Assembly: GCA_977862235.1 (NCBI GenBank)
Contig: OZ374559.1
Span: forward strand, 558,001 to 622,000
Origin: Dudresnaya verticillata
Taxonomy: Eukaryota
Direction of reading: 5' to 3'
DNA length: 64,000 nucleotides
In this document: positions 13,009 through 25,527 of the stretch, one piece after another
Position numbering within the stretch: position 1 is the first letter of the stretch
Layout: the number at the start of each line of letters is the position of its first letter
Program-made: the position numbers and the translations under genes
Notes under the pieces: generated by a model
The model's input: the letters and a program-made list of their open reading frames with translations, nothing else
What the model was told of the DNA's origin: nothing
Database searches by the model: none

Positions 13009-15339
13009 TCACGTCGCAGACGGTTTTGCCGAGCCCGCCGCACCATCGCCCTCGGCGGACTCCCTCAACGCCTCTTCATAGAGGTCGTCTTCCGTCACTG
13101 ACGGCACACCCACAGCAGCAACAGGGAAGGACCGCAAAGGCACCGCCACCGCCACAGCTGAAGGAGTAATATGCGCCGCTGGTGAAGAGTTCGACTCACC
13201 ACCCGCCTTAGGCGGCGAAGCCTCTTTGGCTTTGCCAACCGACGATGGCGCAGAACACAGTCAGTCATTCGCCTCCGGCGCTGCCCCGATAACATCCGCC
13301 TTCGGCGTAGTTGCAGGGACTGTCCCCTTGGACGACGAAGCAACCACAACCGCCTTTGGCGTAGAGTTCAACTCATCACCCGCCTTTGGCGTCATTGGTT
13401 CTATATCCGTCATCAACGCAGGAGCCACTGGACCCTCCTCAACCGTCGGAGATGTTGTAGCGACATTTGCTTCGCTCGCCGCTGGCGGTACAGTAGCAAT
13501 TACGTCTTTGGACGCTGAACCAGTCGCCTTAGGCGATGAAGACTTCCCGTATGCACCGTCTTTCGACGCAGAACCTACACCAACCATCGGCACCGGCACC
13601 GACGCACTCTGGGGCCGCGACGCAGCCGCCAGAGACTGGCTCACCCACTCAGTGGGCGAGCCACTCAAACCGCTAGTAGCGACTCCAGCTGCACGCTATA
13701 AGGCGAGCACGGTGCGGCGCTGTTCCTCGGTCCAGACTGGCACCGAGGGCGCCTTCACAGCTCCGTCCATGACGTTTGATACTACGCCTTGAGGCTTTAC
13801 GGTCGGCGGAGCCGACTCGACTATTGGCGTCGCCATAACGGCATCGCCATCAACGTCCGAGATGGGAGCCGCAAGGTCCAAGGGTGCCACATCTGACAAG
13901 CCAGCTGACACCCCAACACCACCGGCAGACCCTTTTGGAAAAGCTGATGGTGAAGCCGCAGCCTCGGCAGATGACTCAACCGCCATAGGCGTAGCGACAG
14001 CCGTCCCAGACTTGTTCCCCGGCTCGCCATCGGGGTTAAAAGCATCTTCCTCGGCCATCAAGGCACTCAAATGCGGAGGAAAATCACCGACAAAGTCGCA
14101 GCTCCTACGCAAACCACGCGGGTGATTACTCGGTGTGAAGCGGTCCGTTCTGCGATGGCGCTCCGCAACGTTCTTCGTCGTACGACGCTTTGTCCATGTA
14201 TTATAATGGATCCAATCGCCACAGGCGGAGTGGGTACGACTCATCGCGAATCGCGGGCGGTTCGTCTTACGGCGGTTGTTCCCTAACGGCACCATCGCCG
14301 GGTCGTTCCAATTAATTTCATCCGCTACTGAGCGCAAATCCCAGAACTCCTGGCTGTTCCTCGACCCGCCGAGTATCTCGGCTAGGTCCAGGCCACCAAG
14401 AGACGCGACTACGCGAGGTGGCAGATAATACATGCGGAAGGTGTCATACAACTCCCACATCCAAGCGTACGCTACGTTTGCCACCCATTCGGTGTAGAAC
14501 ATCACCCACCATTTGGAGTACGGGTCCGTCATTAACTCCGACCCGATATACGTGAGACACGGAGGAAGTTCGGCAGCGAAACCTTCGCAAATTTCGAACT
14601 TTCGTCAAACGGTCGTCACCTTCACGAAGCAGTGAGGCAACTTACTGCGTTCCATATGATCGACCTGCATATCCTGGTAGGCCACAAAGACGCCCTTTCG
14701 GCGACGCGTTTCAAATTCCCAACGTAGGCACCGTTCCCAAAATAACGTACCCGTTCGGTGTTGGTAACGGAAATCCGCTTTCAAGCGTACTCCCAGGAGG
14801 TACGCCTCCTGTCTGATCCGCGGCTCTGCCGAAACGCTCAGATGTTTGAGCGATAACGTCCCTAGACGATTCCCATATTCGATCTCGCCATTTGTCCGGT
14901 ATTGATCGGCATCAAATTCAAAGATGGCGGGCCTTAACGCCGAGCACGGATAACGCGTGGAGCGACGATACACGTCTGCGACGAACTTGGCATGAACGCC
15001 CGCACGCGATTGCCCTGCGCGAACCCACAGCCACTCGGGCGGCACCGCGCAGCGCAACTTCCAATCCATCGTCCAGACGACGGCAAGGGGGAGTCCCCCC
15101 GGCAAAAATCCGCTAGTAGCGTAATGAGCAATGAGCTCCTCATTGCGCAAGGCCTCCTGGTCACACCAGGGGGCCTGCGCGAAGATGTCCCCGTGATCCT
15201 CCGGGTTCTTCCCGACGAAGTCATATGGCGACAAGTATACCGGCGCGGCCGAGGGCGCCGCGACCTGCACACCATTGAACGTCGGCATATCGTCGACGAA
15301 GCAACTTCGTTTACGCCACTGGTGCTTAAGGTCAAACAA
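13009..15339 (-). pseudogene. Antisense accessory ORF of the gypsy element (about 775 codons, 3 in-frame stops), unknown function
   Basis: ORFs 14605-15339, 13696-14532 and 13261-13668 plus the tail to TGA at 13009 all lie in one frame. Trp/Tyr-rich N-terminal half, Ala/Ser/Pro-rich C-terminal half. Homologous to 63142-64000. True start not defined. Confidence 0.75.
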
Positions 15340-15735
15340 ACGTCAACGACGACTCTTGCCCCACGCCACAGGCGGTTATCCTTTTGGCTTACGTCAAAGA
15401 CGCCTTTTGTTCCGCGTCACAGGCGACTACGATGAAGCTGCGTCACAGACAGGAAACAACTGCGCCTTGGGCGATGAACTTCACACAACTCGTCGACGAC
15501 GATGCAACTGACACGCCCCAGGCGACGAATTGGATGCGGCGTCGTTGACGGGATTCACAAGGCGCCGACGGCGATGGTGTACGGTGAAGAAAGCGCGCGG
15601 GAGAGAGAGAGCTCGCCGGACGCAACGCGCAACAGGCGAAGTTAGCACGGCACAGCCGGAACGCAGGAACGCACGCACAACGAAGTGGGATCCGCAGAGA
15701 AACGCAAGCTTGCGGCGGACGTGTTCGCGTTTTGC

Positions 15736-15745
15736 GAGGGGGTCG
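15736..15745 (+). promoter_or_regulatory. Polypurine tract
   Basis: GAGGGGGTCG directly before the 3' LTR. Confidence 0.7.
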
Positions 15746-16610
15746 TGTGGTGCAAGGGGAGGGCTGCCCCTTTTTTCGCTGTGAGCGTATTATATTCCAA
15801 CGTCTACCGACGGCACGTCAACCGCCGTTGGCGCGCGAACACGTCATGGACGATTGGCCCACGGGCATACGGCCGCCGTTACCCCGCGCGGCGCGGCGCA
15901 CGCGCACACTGTACGGCCAGATCCGGATGCATCATCCCGATCGGCCAGGCGCAAGGCGCACGCCTGTAAGCTTGGCCCGGATCCGGATCGGATCCGGATG
16001 GGACATCGGGATCCGCCATCGGGATCCACAGTGATGTAAGGAGCGCGCCTGTAATGGCCGCGCGCCAGCAATGCTGGCGGGGATCTGGATCCGAATCCGG
16101 ATCATCCGCACTGCTACACGCATGCGCCTGTAAGTCACCCATTACTCGCACGCACGCCTGTAAGCTACTCCTGAGCTCCCGCGCACGCGGCTGCATGGCG
16201 ACGACGACGTGTCAGACACTCGACGGCGCGACACGCGTCCTGAGTTCCCGCGCACCGCGCCCGCCGCCGTCGCTCACGTAGTATATTAGGTAATCCGTCT
16301 GAGACGCTGAGTAAACGCCGGGCAAGCCGGCCTTGGTCCAGACTTCCCCGTTCCGCACGCGCGTACCCTACCGCTGCCTACGGCTCAAGCGTCTACCTCC
16401 CGTGCTTCCACGTCTATCACCGTCCTTGACGTGTTTCCTTTCTGTTCCCTTTTCCCTTCCTTTCCGCCTCGGGCGTCTACAGTCCACCCAAGGCGTGCTC
16501 TCTGCTCTACCACAAGTCGCCCAAGGCGAAGCTACTCACCGCCACGGGCGCAGCTACCCACCGAGCCCCGAACTGCTCGGCGGTATACCGTCACAGACGT
16601 TTGCACCACA
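15746..16610 (+). repeat. 3' LTR
   Basis: 865-bp direct repeat of 6198-7062. Confidence 0.96.
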
Positions 16611-17325
16611 GGCTACCCGGGCCAGAACGGCTCATTTGGCGTACAGACCGCACGCCCGACCCCGGAGCACTGTACGGCGCCACGCGTGCGCGCGTGGCAC
16701 AGTGACGGGAACGTTCCCTGTAAGCTTGGCCCGGATCCGGATCGAATCGCGATCCCACATCGAGATCAGACATCGGGATCAAGAGGTGTAAGGTACGCGC
16801 CTGTAAGCCAGGCGCATCCGCGTGGCTGGCCCGAATCCGGATTGGATCGGGATTAGTGCGGATCGAGATCGCACGCTCCACGGGACGCGTGCGGCTGTAA
16901 GGAAGTACATCCACGTGTATGTGCAAGGACCCGAGCGGTGAAGCTACGCGTGATCTGTCAGACGCGCGGCTGCATGACGGACGGATCAGATCCGTCCGTC
17001 AGACAGATTCTGTCAGACGCGCCTCGGGACAACACGTGTCCCAAATTCCCGCGCGGCGCGCGTGCACGCACCTCCGCCGCTAGGTAGTTTTATACTTAGT
17101 TGATCCGTCCCAGACGTTGAGGTAAACTCCCGGCAATCCGGCCCTGGTCCAGACTACCCTTCTCGCGCGACGCGTACCTACTCGCTAGCCTTAAGGCTCA
17201 ACCGTCTGACCTACCGCGCTTCCGCGTCCGCAATGCGTCCACGACGTGTTTCTCTTTGCCCTCCTTTTTCCCTTTTGTTCTCTTGTTTTCCCGTTTACCG
17301 CCCAGAGCGTTTACTGTCCGCCCTT
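16611..17325 (+). mobile_element. 3' part of the interrupted old LTR (truncated)
   Basis: Shares family motifs (CTGTAAGCTTGGCCCGGATCCGGATCG, GGTCCAGACT, CGCGTACC, pyrimidine tract) but lacks the final ~100 bp. Confidence 0.75.
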
Positions 17326-17400
17326 GGCGATATCGTCGGTTGACGTTCTTGTTATAACCCGCTCACAGCGAAAACAAGCCGGGTCCCCCTGTGCACCACA
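17326..17400 (-). mobile_element. Start of the reverse-oriented old LTR
   Basis: Reverse complement reads TGTGGTGCACAGGGGGACCCGGCTTGTTTTCGCTGTGAGCG...ACGTCAACCGACG, matching the family LTR start. Confidence 0.75.
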
Positions 17401-17805
17401 CTCTCCTAGCCCGAGAAACCTGCAGTGATACGATCCCCTCTGGCAAATGTCTGCAAGGTTTTGTCTCAACAGTGCAATAATTATTAAACTAGGGGAAATG
17501 AATTTATATCTGCAACTCTATTGCTACTAACCCAGATGGAGCATTGGAAATTTATAACTATAGTTTGCAACAGCAAACCTCCCTTTGTGAAGTTAGTAAG
17601 TTACGGGACAGTACGAGATTCCCCATGTATGCAACTGAACCTTAGTTTTAGGAGTAGGCTGGTCTATTAGATTTTGAGAGCTCAAACCAAACCAGCGGGA
17701 ACCACGCTATACTCAAACATTTCACACTGCCCAATACTCATTAAGTTCGTATTAATGCAGAACATCGCCCCTGAGTGTGCAGGGGCCCCATTCCTTGCGT
17801 ACGTG

Positions 17806-18705
17806 TGTGGTGCAAGGGGGTGAGCCCCTTTTTCGCTGAAAGCGGAGCAACAAATACGTCGACCGACGGAGAAACCGCCACCGGCGCTCACCTCCGCCGT
17901 TTGCGCACGAACACGTCATCAACAACTCACTGGGGCGCGCGCGCACGTTGCGCGCCGCGCGCCATGCGGGAACTGTACGGTGATGGGCCGACGTGGCGCC
18001 CCGGGGCACTGTAACACGGATCCAGATGGGATACGGATCCGGTATCCAGATTGGCTATCTGGATCGCCTACGCTGTAAGGTACGCGCCTGTAAGGCTGCG
18101 AGTGTTCGCATTGCTGGCCCGGATCCGGATGGGTATCGGGATCGGACAAGTATCGGATTAGATCAAAGTCGCACGCTCTACAGTACACGCGTGCGCACAG
18201 CTGTAAGGAACACGCGTCCACGTGTGTGTGTAAGCGCCCACGCAGGGCTTGCGCGGCAACCTGTCAGGCGCGCGGCTGCATGCGATGGGTGATCTGTCAG
18301 ACGCGCCTCGGGACGACACGTGTCCCGAGTTCCCGCGCTACGTACACGCACCGCCGCCGCTGCACCGCCGTACTATAATTAGGTAAGCCGTCCCAGACGT
18401 AGCAGTAAACGCCTGGTAAACTCGGCCTTGGTCCAGACTTCCCCGTTCCGCACGCGCGTACCCTACCGCTGCCTACGGCCTAAGCGTCTACCTCCCGTGC
18501 TTCCACGTCCCTCACCGTTCTTGACGTGTTTCCTTTTGTTCCCTTTTTCCTTCCTTTCCGCCTCGGGCGTCTACAGTCCGCCCAAGGCGTGTCAACTGCT
18601 CTACCACAAGCCGCCCAAGGCGAGGCTACTCACCGCCGCGGGCGACGCTACCCACCGAGCCCCGAACTGCTCGGCGGTGTTCCGTCTTTAGACGTTTGCA
18701 CCACA
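17806..18705 (+). mobile_element. Solo LTR (900 bp), related subfamily
   Basis: TGTGGTGCAA...TTGCACCACA termini. TSD ACGTG/AAGTG (4/5). 3' half closely similar to 6780-7062. Confidence 0.92.
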
Positions 18706-19433
18706 AAGTGCGCATTAATAGCGGATGGTATCGGTCTATAGCTGATGTATGGCTTCCAAAGTCTTCCAGAATCTCATCGCATTCGCACGGTGTGATGGAA
18801 GGCCTTGTTGGCTGTTGTGATATTTAAACGGTCCATCATGCCACTGTCTACCACAACGACATGGCAGGACTCGCATGAACTGAGGAGATGCAACTGGTAA
18901 TTGTGGTTGGGACAATACAAATATAATACTTATCGCAACACCAGGTGGTTTGGATATCATTTCCCTGTACCTCAGGATCTCATCTGGTGATACAGTCATC
19001 TCTCGATTAGTGATAGCCGTCATAACGGGAACCCCCTATTACAGAAACCGAAACGGGTCTCCGCACTTGGGAGAAGCGAAATTATATCAAAAAAACAACA
19101 GTAGTTCCACTTTCGATATCTGAAACCGACATTTCACGCCCGAGGGGCACCACTACAACGTTCATATTGTAAAACAACGACCGTTAAAGGCCTCCAGGCG
19201 ATGATAACGACGGCGGTAGAGCTGAAATGTAGCCCTATTTAACAGAAACGCCTTTCACGGCAACGCTAGAGTAGACTAGCTCCCAGACACTCTTGTGGTA
19301 TAGACGCTATCCTCGAAAACGACTCCGTGGTCTACGTGAAAATAATCGAGAAATACGAATTTCGAAATGACTCCGTGAATCCGCACGCCACGATGGCAAA
19401 CGTATTACAGCGATGCATACGGTGCGCGCTCCA

Positions 19434-19573
19434 CGATGGCATTCGCATTACAGTGCGCACCCGATACGAAATCGCTGACACCTCCGGATGAATCCCGATC
19501 CGACTTCGTGATCGCGCGCGCCGCGATGGCATTCGCATTACAGTGCGCACCCGATAGGAAATCGCTGACACCT
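19434..19573 (+). repeat. Two 50-bp direct repeats inside the pogo element
   Basis: CGATGGCATTCGCATTACAGTGCGCACCCGATA(C/G)GAAATCGCTGACACCT at 19434 and 19524. Partial third copy at 19391. Confidence 0.9.
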
Positions 19574-20150
19574 TCGTGACTTTCCCGTTGTTTCCCGCGC
19601 GTAACGGCACCGGGGCCCACGAGACACGCGCACCTCCGTATGCATCTCTGGCGCACTTCGCAACCGCCATCATACGTGAGGCGACCGTTCGTTGGCACCG
19701 AGGCCGTTACGAATCATTCGAGTACGAAACCGTCTCCCGCGTTGACGCACATTCGTGCTCACGTAGTACTACTTAGTAACCAGTCGTCTGGCACAACCTC
19801 CGAGGGTTTCCGGTGAGCGACGAGCGCCCGGACCTTGGAGTCTTCGGTCAACGCTGTTTCTTCGAGTTCGGTGTCTTCGTCTTCGTGACCGCGGATACGG
19901 TCGAGCCTCGATTTCGATAGCCCCGCGCCCCCGGAGTCATCCCCGTTGATCGATCGCTCGAGTTCTCCCTTCCGCACACGAATACGTTGACACCGTGGTC
20001 CTTCGTGTTGGCCGCTCCGCTCTACCACGCTACCACCCCTTTTCGTTTCTCCGTTAGGCTACGAGGCCATTCGCTAGGCTCCGAGGCCATTTGCTTACAG
20101 TGCGAGACTTCCCCGCGTCTCCGTGGACTTCGTTATACCACAACTCTACC

Positions 20151-21731
20151 ATGACGCTTATCACCCTCACAATTCTCCAGAAAAAATATGTCAGGAGAAA
20201 GAAAGGCGTGAAAAAATGGGGAGAACTGCTCGAATAACGCCCTAGCTGTGTGGGCAAAAAGCAGATTCAAGCTGAATAATTCCCCAAGCAAAGCTGCGAT
20301 GTTTAGAATTTTCAAGGACCGAACCAAGTTGTTAGGAAGAGATGACACTGGAATTTCAAAAAAGAGAAGGGATAAAAAAGGGCATAACCATCCTCTGGAA
20401 AACCCCTTTTCGAGTGGGTTTGCCATAAACAGGCAGGGCGCATCAATATTAATGGAACTATTATTAGGCAAAAAGCCTTGAAGTTGCAGAGCCTTGCAAA
20501 TGAAAAATTGCCAGAAAATCAGAAGACCCATCTACAATTCTCGGAGGGCTGGCTCGACAAATTTAAAAAGCGATGGGGCTTTCGCGTTCACCGGTCGCAT
20601 GGTGAGTCTGGAGATGCTGACTACGAATTGCTTGCACAAGAAATGCCGAAGCTAAGACAAAAATTGTCTCATTATCCTTTAGAAGACATTTTTAACGCTG
20701 ATGAGTGTGGCGTATTTTACTCAATGGCACCGGAAACTACCATTGCCCAACAAGCTCTTGCTGGACGAAAAAAAAGCCAAGGACAGGCTAACATTTATGC
20801 CTTGTTGCAACGCAAGCGGTTCAGAAAAACTGGAGCTAATGGTCATTGGAAAATCTAAGCAACCGAGGGCATTTAGAAAAAAAACTGGCGCTCAGCTCGG
20901 ATTTGATCACCACGCCAACCATAAGGCATGGATGACTACGACGTTTTTTATGCGTGGTTGCAACGGTTCCAGGAATATGTGGCAAGATTTTCAGGCCGAA
21001 AAGTGGTCCTTTTAGTCGACAATTGCAGTGCACATTGGAATGCGGAGAGTATGCCGCGTCTGGAACATGTGGAAGTAATTTTTTTGGCCCCGTATTGCAC
21101 CTCAAAAGTCCAGCCTTGTGACGCTGGTATTATTGCCGCACATAAATTACGGTACAAACAAATGCACATGGAACGGGCTCTCGAAAACGTTGATGTTCAC
21201 GTGAAGAACATTTACAAGGTGGATGTTCTCACGGCAATGAGGTGGTTTAAAAGGGCATGGATGGAGCTGCTTAGTTCCGTGCTTCGGAAGTGCTGGCGCC
21301 ATACGGGGCTTTTGGAAAATTATGGGGACGAAACAGTTCAAGGGGAGGAAACTGAGAATAAGCTAAGGGACGAGTTGCAAGGGGTACTTGGGAATTTACT
21401 TCCTGCACGTTCGAATATAAAAATCTCTGATTTACTGAATCCAGTTGGGGAAGACGAAGTCGTTCAAGAATTTACCGAAAGAGCTTTACTGGAATCTATT
21501 TTAGAAAGCAGGAATGTGGCAGAAGAAGCAGAGGACCATGAAGAAATCCTTGCTGATTTTCCGTCGAGGCAAGAGCAGTTACGGATACTTCTGCTGGCAA
21601 AGCGAATTGCGGAGAGATATGGGGAGGACACGCCGCCCTTTAGACGTTCTATAGCTCAGATACAGCGGGCTGTCAAGGCGGAGTCATGCACATCTGCCAG
21701 GCAGACTAGGATAGAGAACTACTTCCAGTAG
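20151..21731 (+). pseudogene. CENP-B-like HTH + DDE_1 pogo transposase, frameshifted
   Basis: FSEGWLDKFKKRWG, HGESG, IFNADECG, CCNASGSEKL, KAWMT, LLVDNCSAH and VQPCDAGII spread over several frames. Confidence 0.93.
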
Positions 21732-21983
21732 ATTTTTTAAGTACTGTGCGGTATGAGGGTTGTTTACTCTCTTCAATTTGATATTAAAATGTTTTCTACC
21801 TTTTCCTAAGTGAAACCCCCTTATTAGAGGAACCAACTTGGGTCCACGGACTGCTTCCTCTTATCGAGAGATGACTGTATGTCAAGCCGCCGGATATTTC
21901 TCAACCACACGAACTTCCCGTGTGTCTTCTCATATCTTCCTTCACAATCCGAACTGTTCCTGTCTCAAGACGCTACAGCGAGC

Positions 21984-24900
21984 ATGGGCAAAAGAAAAGC
22001 TTCGGATTGTGATAGGAAGTCCGGTTCCGCAGTACGTAGAAGGACAGCAGCGCGCCCTCAGGGCGAGCAGGCTGCTCCAGCAGGCCCTGATCCAGTATGC
22101 AAAACAACGACTACTGTACTACCGCGCCTCGCCAAGGGAAGCCGTGTTGTAATACGTCTCAGGGGTGAACAAGTGGGTACGGCAGCCTTGTTTCCTCCTG
22201 TCGACGAACGCGGCTCTGATGGAGGTGGCCGTTTGTACGTTAGGCTGCACGGACACTCCTTGGAAGAGCAGCAAAGAGGCGGAGAGATGTGGGTTGTTTT
22301 GTACAACTTCAAGAAACTGGATTACATGACAGACACTGTCTACCTTTTCAAGTACAAAGGCCCGGATGACCCCCCCCCGCTACAATTGGTGATATGGCAC
22401 CGTCCGGTTTGCATGCATGGGACGAATATCAGCTCGATGACATGCTGGACATTCATAACAAGTACTAACTAGCCGAGAAGTACGTGCATGGTTCGACACG
22501 TCCCGATACTGCCGCCAACTCGGATTCTGCCAAACAGACTCCAACCAGGGATTCTATCAAACCGACTCCAATCAGGGATTCTGTCACTGCAGAGCAAAAC
22601 GAGGACGAGTATGCCAGTGCCCAGGCAGGTGCACTGCCGCATGGACGTCGGGAACGGATAGAGCCGTATGAAATTGGAGTAGGGTACAAGGCAAGAAATG
22701 CGTCGAGCACAATCTCTAAACCGGTAGTCACAGACAATTCGTTAAGCCTCCCAGCTGTGCTGAGCAGATATATTATGCTTGAGGAGGAGTGACCGGTACA
22801 ATCTCTAGTGGCGCGTGCTAGACCCGATATGCCGTTGGAAGCACTGGCCAAGCAGACACAGGGAGGCCAAGCAAGTATTATCGTACAAAGGGATGATTCA
22901 GGAGAGGAACTTGTGTATTACCTACCCCCAAGGAGCTGACACACACCCCGCCGAGAACCCCACATCCAAAATACAATACCCAGCGGGGAGCAAAGTCGGC
23001 ACTGGTGCGCAGTAAAGTTATTAGGAGGGAACTGCCCGGAGAATCTCGCCATAAACAGAATGGGAACGATGCAAGCAATGCAGACGACAAGGAAGAAGGA
23101 AGCACTCCACGCATGCCTGAAGAATCTGATTTAATCAGGGATGTGGGTTCTGGGGCTGAGAACGTGGGAATAGGGAGTGATGACCAGTCTGAGAGCGGGA
23201 ACGGCGACGAAGGATCATCCGGAGATGAGTATAATCCGCCGAAGCCTCACAGCAGTACGCGTCGTGTCATCGGAGCAAAGGACTCCGCGCGAATGCAGAT
23301 AAATGATAGTGGAAACCGAAAACGAAAGTAAACATATCGTGCTCGTAAAAGGAAGGTCCAACCGGGGGAATCCCTGCTGGCGAAGCGAAGGAGGCTGGCT
23401 ATTCAAGAACTTGACAAAGTAGAATTCTCTTCGCTTGCGTGCTGCTTGACCATGGAATGTTTAAAGAAGGTGAGCGATGTGCTGCTTAGAGCTGATTATA
23501 GGCGTGTTCTCAGCATGGATTCACATAATCGGAAGATCTACCTGGGGTCCCTGCTCAGTCGAGACAAGGACAAGTTCATCTTCAATGGAAAGCGAGTCTG
23601 CTACGCGTTCCTGGCGAAGCTTTTTGGTTTCTACCGTGACTTGCACTGCTCCGTGAAGCGCAGACCCGCATCAGCATTGTACTCCAGGCCTGTCTCTGCC
23701 CCGCGTGATACAAATCCCGAAACCAGGGACAAAGTGATATATTTTTTGCACAGACTCGTTGCGTCAACGTCGGACATAATGCCCGACAAGCCGGAGGCGC
23801 ATCTACCCTACTTTGAAAATGCAGATGGTGTACGGTGTTTTTCTGGATGACCAGAAGGTACTGTACCCAGATGAGCATCCCGCAAGTCTAAGCTACTTTA
23901 CCGCCACCTGGGCTGCTCACTGCTCCTTTGTCAAAATAAGGAAGGTTCAGAGGTTTACAAAATGCACCCTCTGTGAGGAGCGGAAGGACGCTTTAGCAGA
24001 ATGAGGTACTAATTCGAGGAAAGCTGCCCCATATCGCTTTCATTATAAGCAACTTCTCAACGTCATCGTATCGGAACGTATGCACTATAAGAAGAACACC
24101 GACAGGCTTAATTGTATCCCGACGACTACTGCTCCCTTGTAATAGACGGAGTCGGTGAATCCGCGTTTGGCTTGCCCAAATTCGAGTTGAACACGAAGAG
24201 CGTTGCGGGGCATGCCATTCGTGTCAAGATGGTGGGCGTCTTGGTGTATGGTCCAAAAAATCTGTATGCCATGACCGCAGAGCACGAAACTGGTAGCAAT
24301 CACGTAATATAGGTCCTTCATCGCACTTTGATGAGAAAAAATACAACCCATGCACTCCCACAAACTCTTCTTGTGCAGATCGATATTACACTCGCGAGAA
24401 TAGGAACAGATACATATTTGCATACGTAGAGTCACTCGTGGCCTGGGGTGTATTTCTGGAAGTGCAACTGTCCCTTCTTCCTATCGGACACACACATAAA
24501 GAAATCGATCAAAATTTCAGCTGCACGTATGCACATCTGAAAGTGAATCGGGCATTGACTATGAAAGAACTCCTGAAAGCACTCCGTCAATCGTACACGC
24601 CCCCGCCGCGTGTTTCGCGTATGCCGCAAATAGCAAACGTTTCGGGTCTTTGTTGACAGGAGAAGGTCCTCTGAAAGGTGGAGAGATTTTCACATTACCG
24701 GTTCTGCATATTCTACAGAGCGAGAGGGGAGTCAAGCGGAGCGAAAGCCCGATTTCGTACAGCAGGTGAAGTTAAGGTAAACTGCAATGATGGTTCGAAA
24801 CCCATTGATACACACGGTGACCATGAGGGCTTCATAATATCTGCCCCTGATTTGAGCAGAACACCAACTACGACGCGTGAATGTCCTCCGGACTTGAAGG

Positions 24901-25527
24901 AGGTGGACGATAGACTGCATTCTGAGGAGGGCCGTGTGAAGTGTGCGCAAAAGATGGAGGAGTTGCGGGAAACAAGAGATTACGTGTACAGTGATGGGAC
25001 TGACCCATTTCACTGGAATCTCGCTGATGCAATAGAAACCAATGGACGTTTCCGCAAGGACGGGCTGGCAGACGAGGAGTTGCCATTGTTTAGTGACAGG
25101 TATGATAGGGACGAAAGCGCGTACCCCGACTATGGTTACGCAGTGAACAGCTTTATCGCTGTGAGAGTGGAACCAGACCACGCCGGTTCAGCACAACTCC
25201 CCTTCTTTATTGCGAAGATTGTCGAGTTCAAGCAGACCCGGGACATGCAGGAGGGAAACACCTTCACGTGCGATGGTACGAATGATCTGACACTGGAGGA
25301 GACCCGTTATCGCAGATGGTAGAATAGCGCGAACCCCAGAAGCAATGGTACAGATGGTAGAATAGCGCGAACCCCAGAACCGGTGGAACAGCAAGACCCA
25401 AGTTCGGCAACAGGATCCGAAACGGTAATCGAAGGAGGAGGTACATTTGCGGCACACGCGAAGGATTGAATGAGTTCATTGCACGATTTAGAATGCGCTA
25501 GAGAGGAAGATGCAGCATTAACGTAAA
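21984..25527 (+). pseudogene. Second decayed DUF7869/Sola-like transposase with long N-terminal region
   Basis: FIFNGKRVCY, FTKCTLCEE, IDGVGESAFGLPKF, MTAEHETGSNHVI and LLPIGHTHKEIDQNFS are collinear with 1698-2988. Many stops and frameshifts. Boundaries approximate. Confidence 0.7.
25313..25379 (+). repeat. 29-bp direct repeat (period 38)
   Basis: CAGATGGTAGAATAGCGCGAACCCCAGAA at 25313 and 25351. Confidence 0.9.

Larger units (their letters stand above)
6198..16610 (+). mobile_element. Full-length defective Ty3/gypsy LTR retrotransposon (10.4 kb)
   Basis: Two 865-bp LTRs with TGTGGTGCAA...TTGCACCACA termini. TSD GGCCA/GGCTA (4/5). PBS and PPT present. Domain order gag-PR-RT-RH-IN. Confidence 0.96.
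18993..21877 (+). mobile_element. pogo/Tigger-like (Tc1/mariner superfamily) DNA transposon, 2885 bp
   Basis: Perfect 15-bp TIR CAGTCATCTCTCGAT at both ends, flanked by TA (18991-18992, 21878-21879). Internal transposase. Confidence 0.93.

Noticed and set aside
19434..19573. CRISPR-like repeat-spacer pattern (also 25313-25379, 45539-45621)
   Set aside because: Only two units each, eukaryotic TE context, no cas genes.
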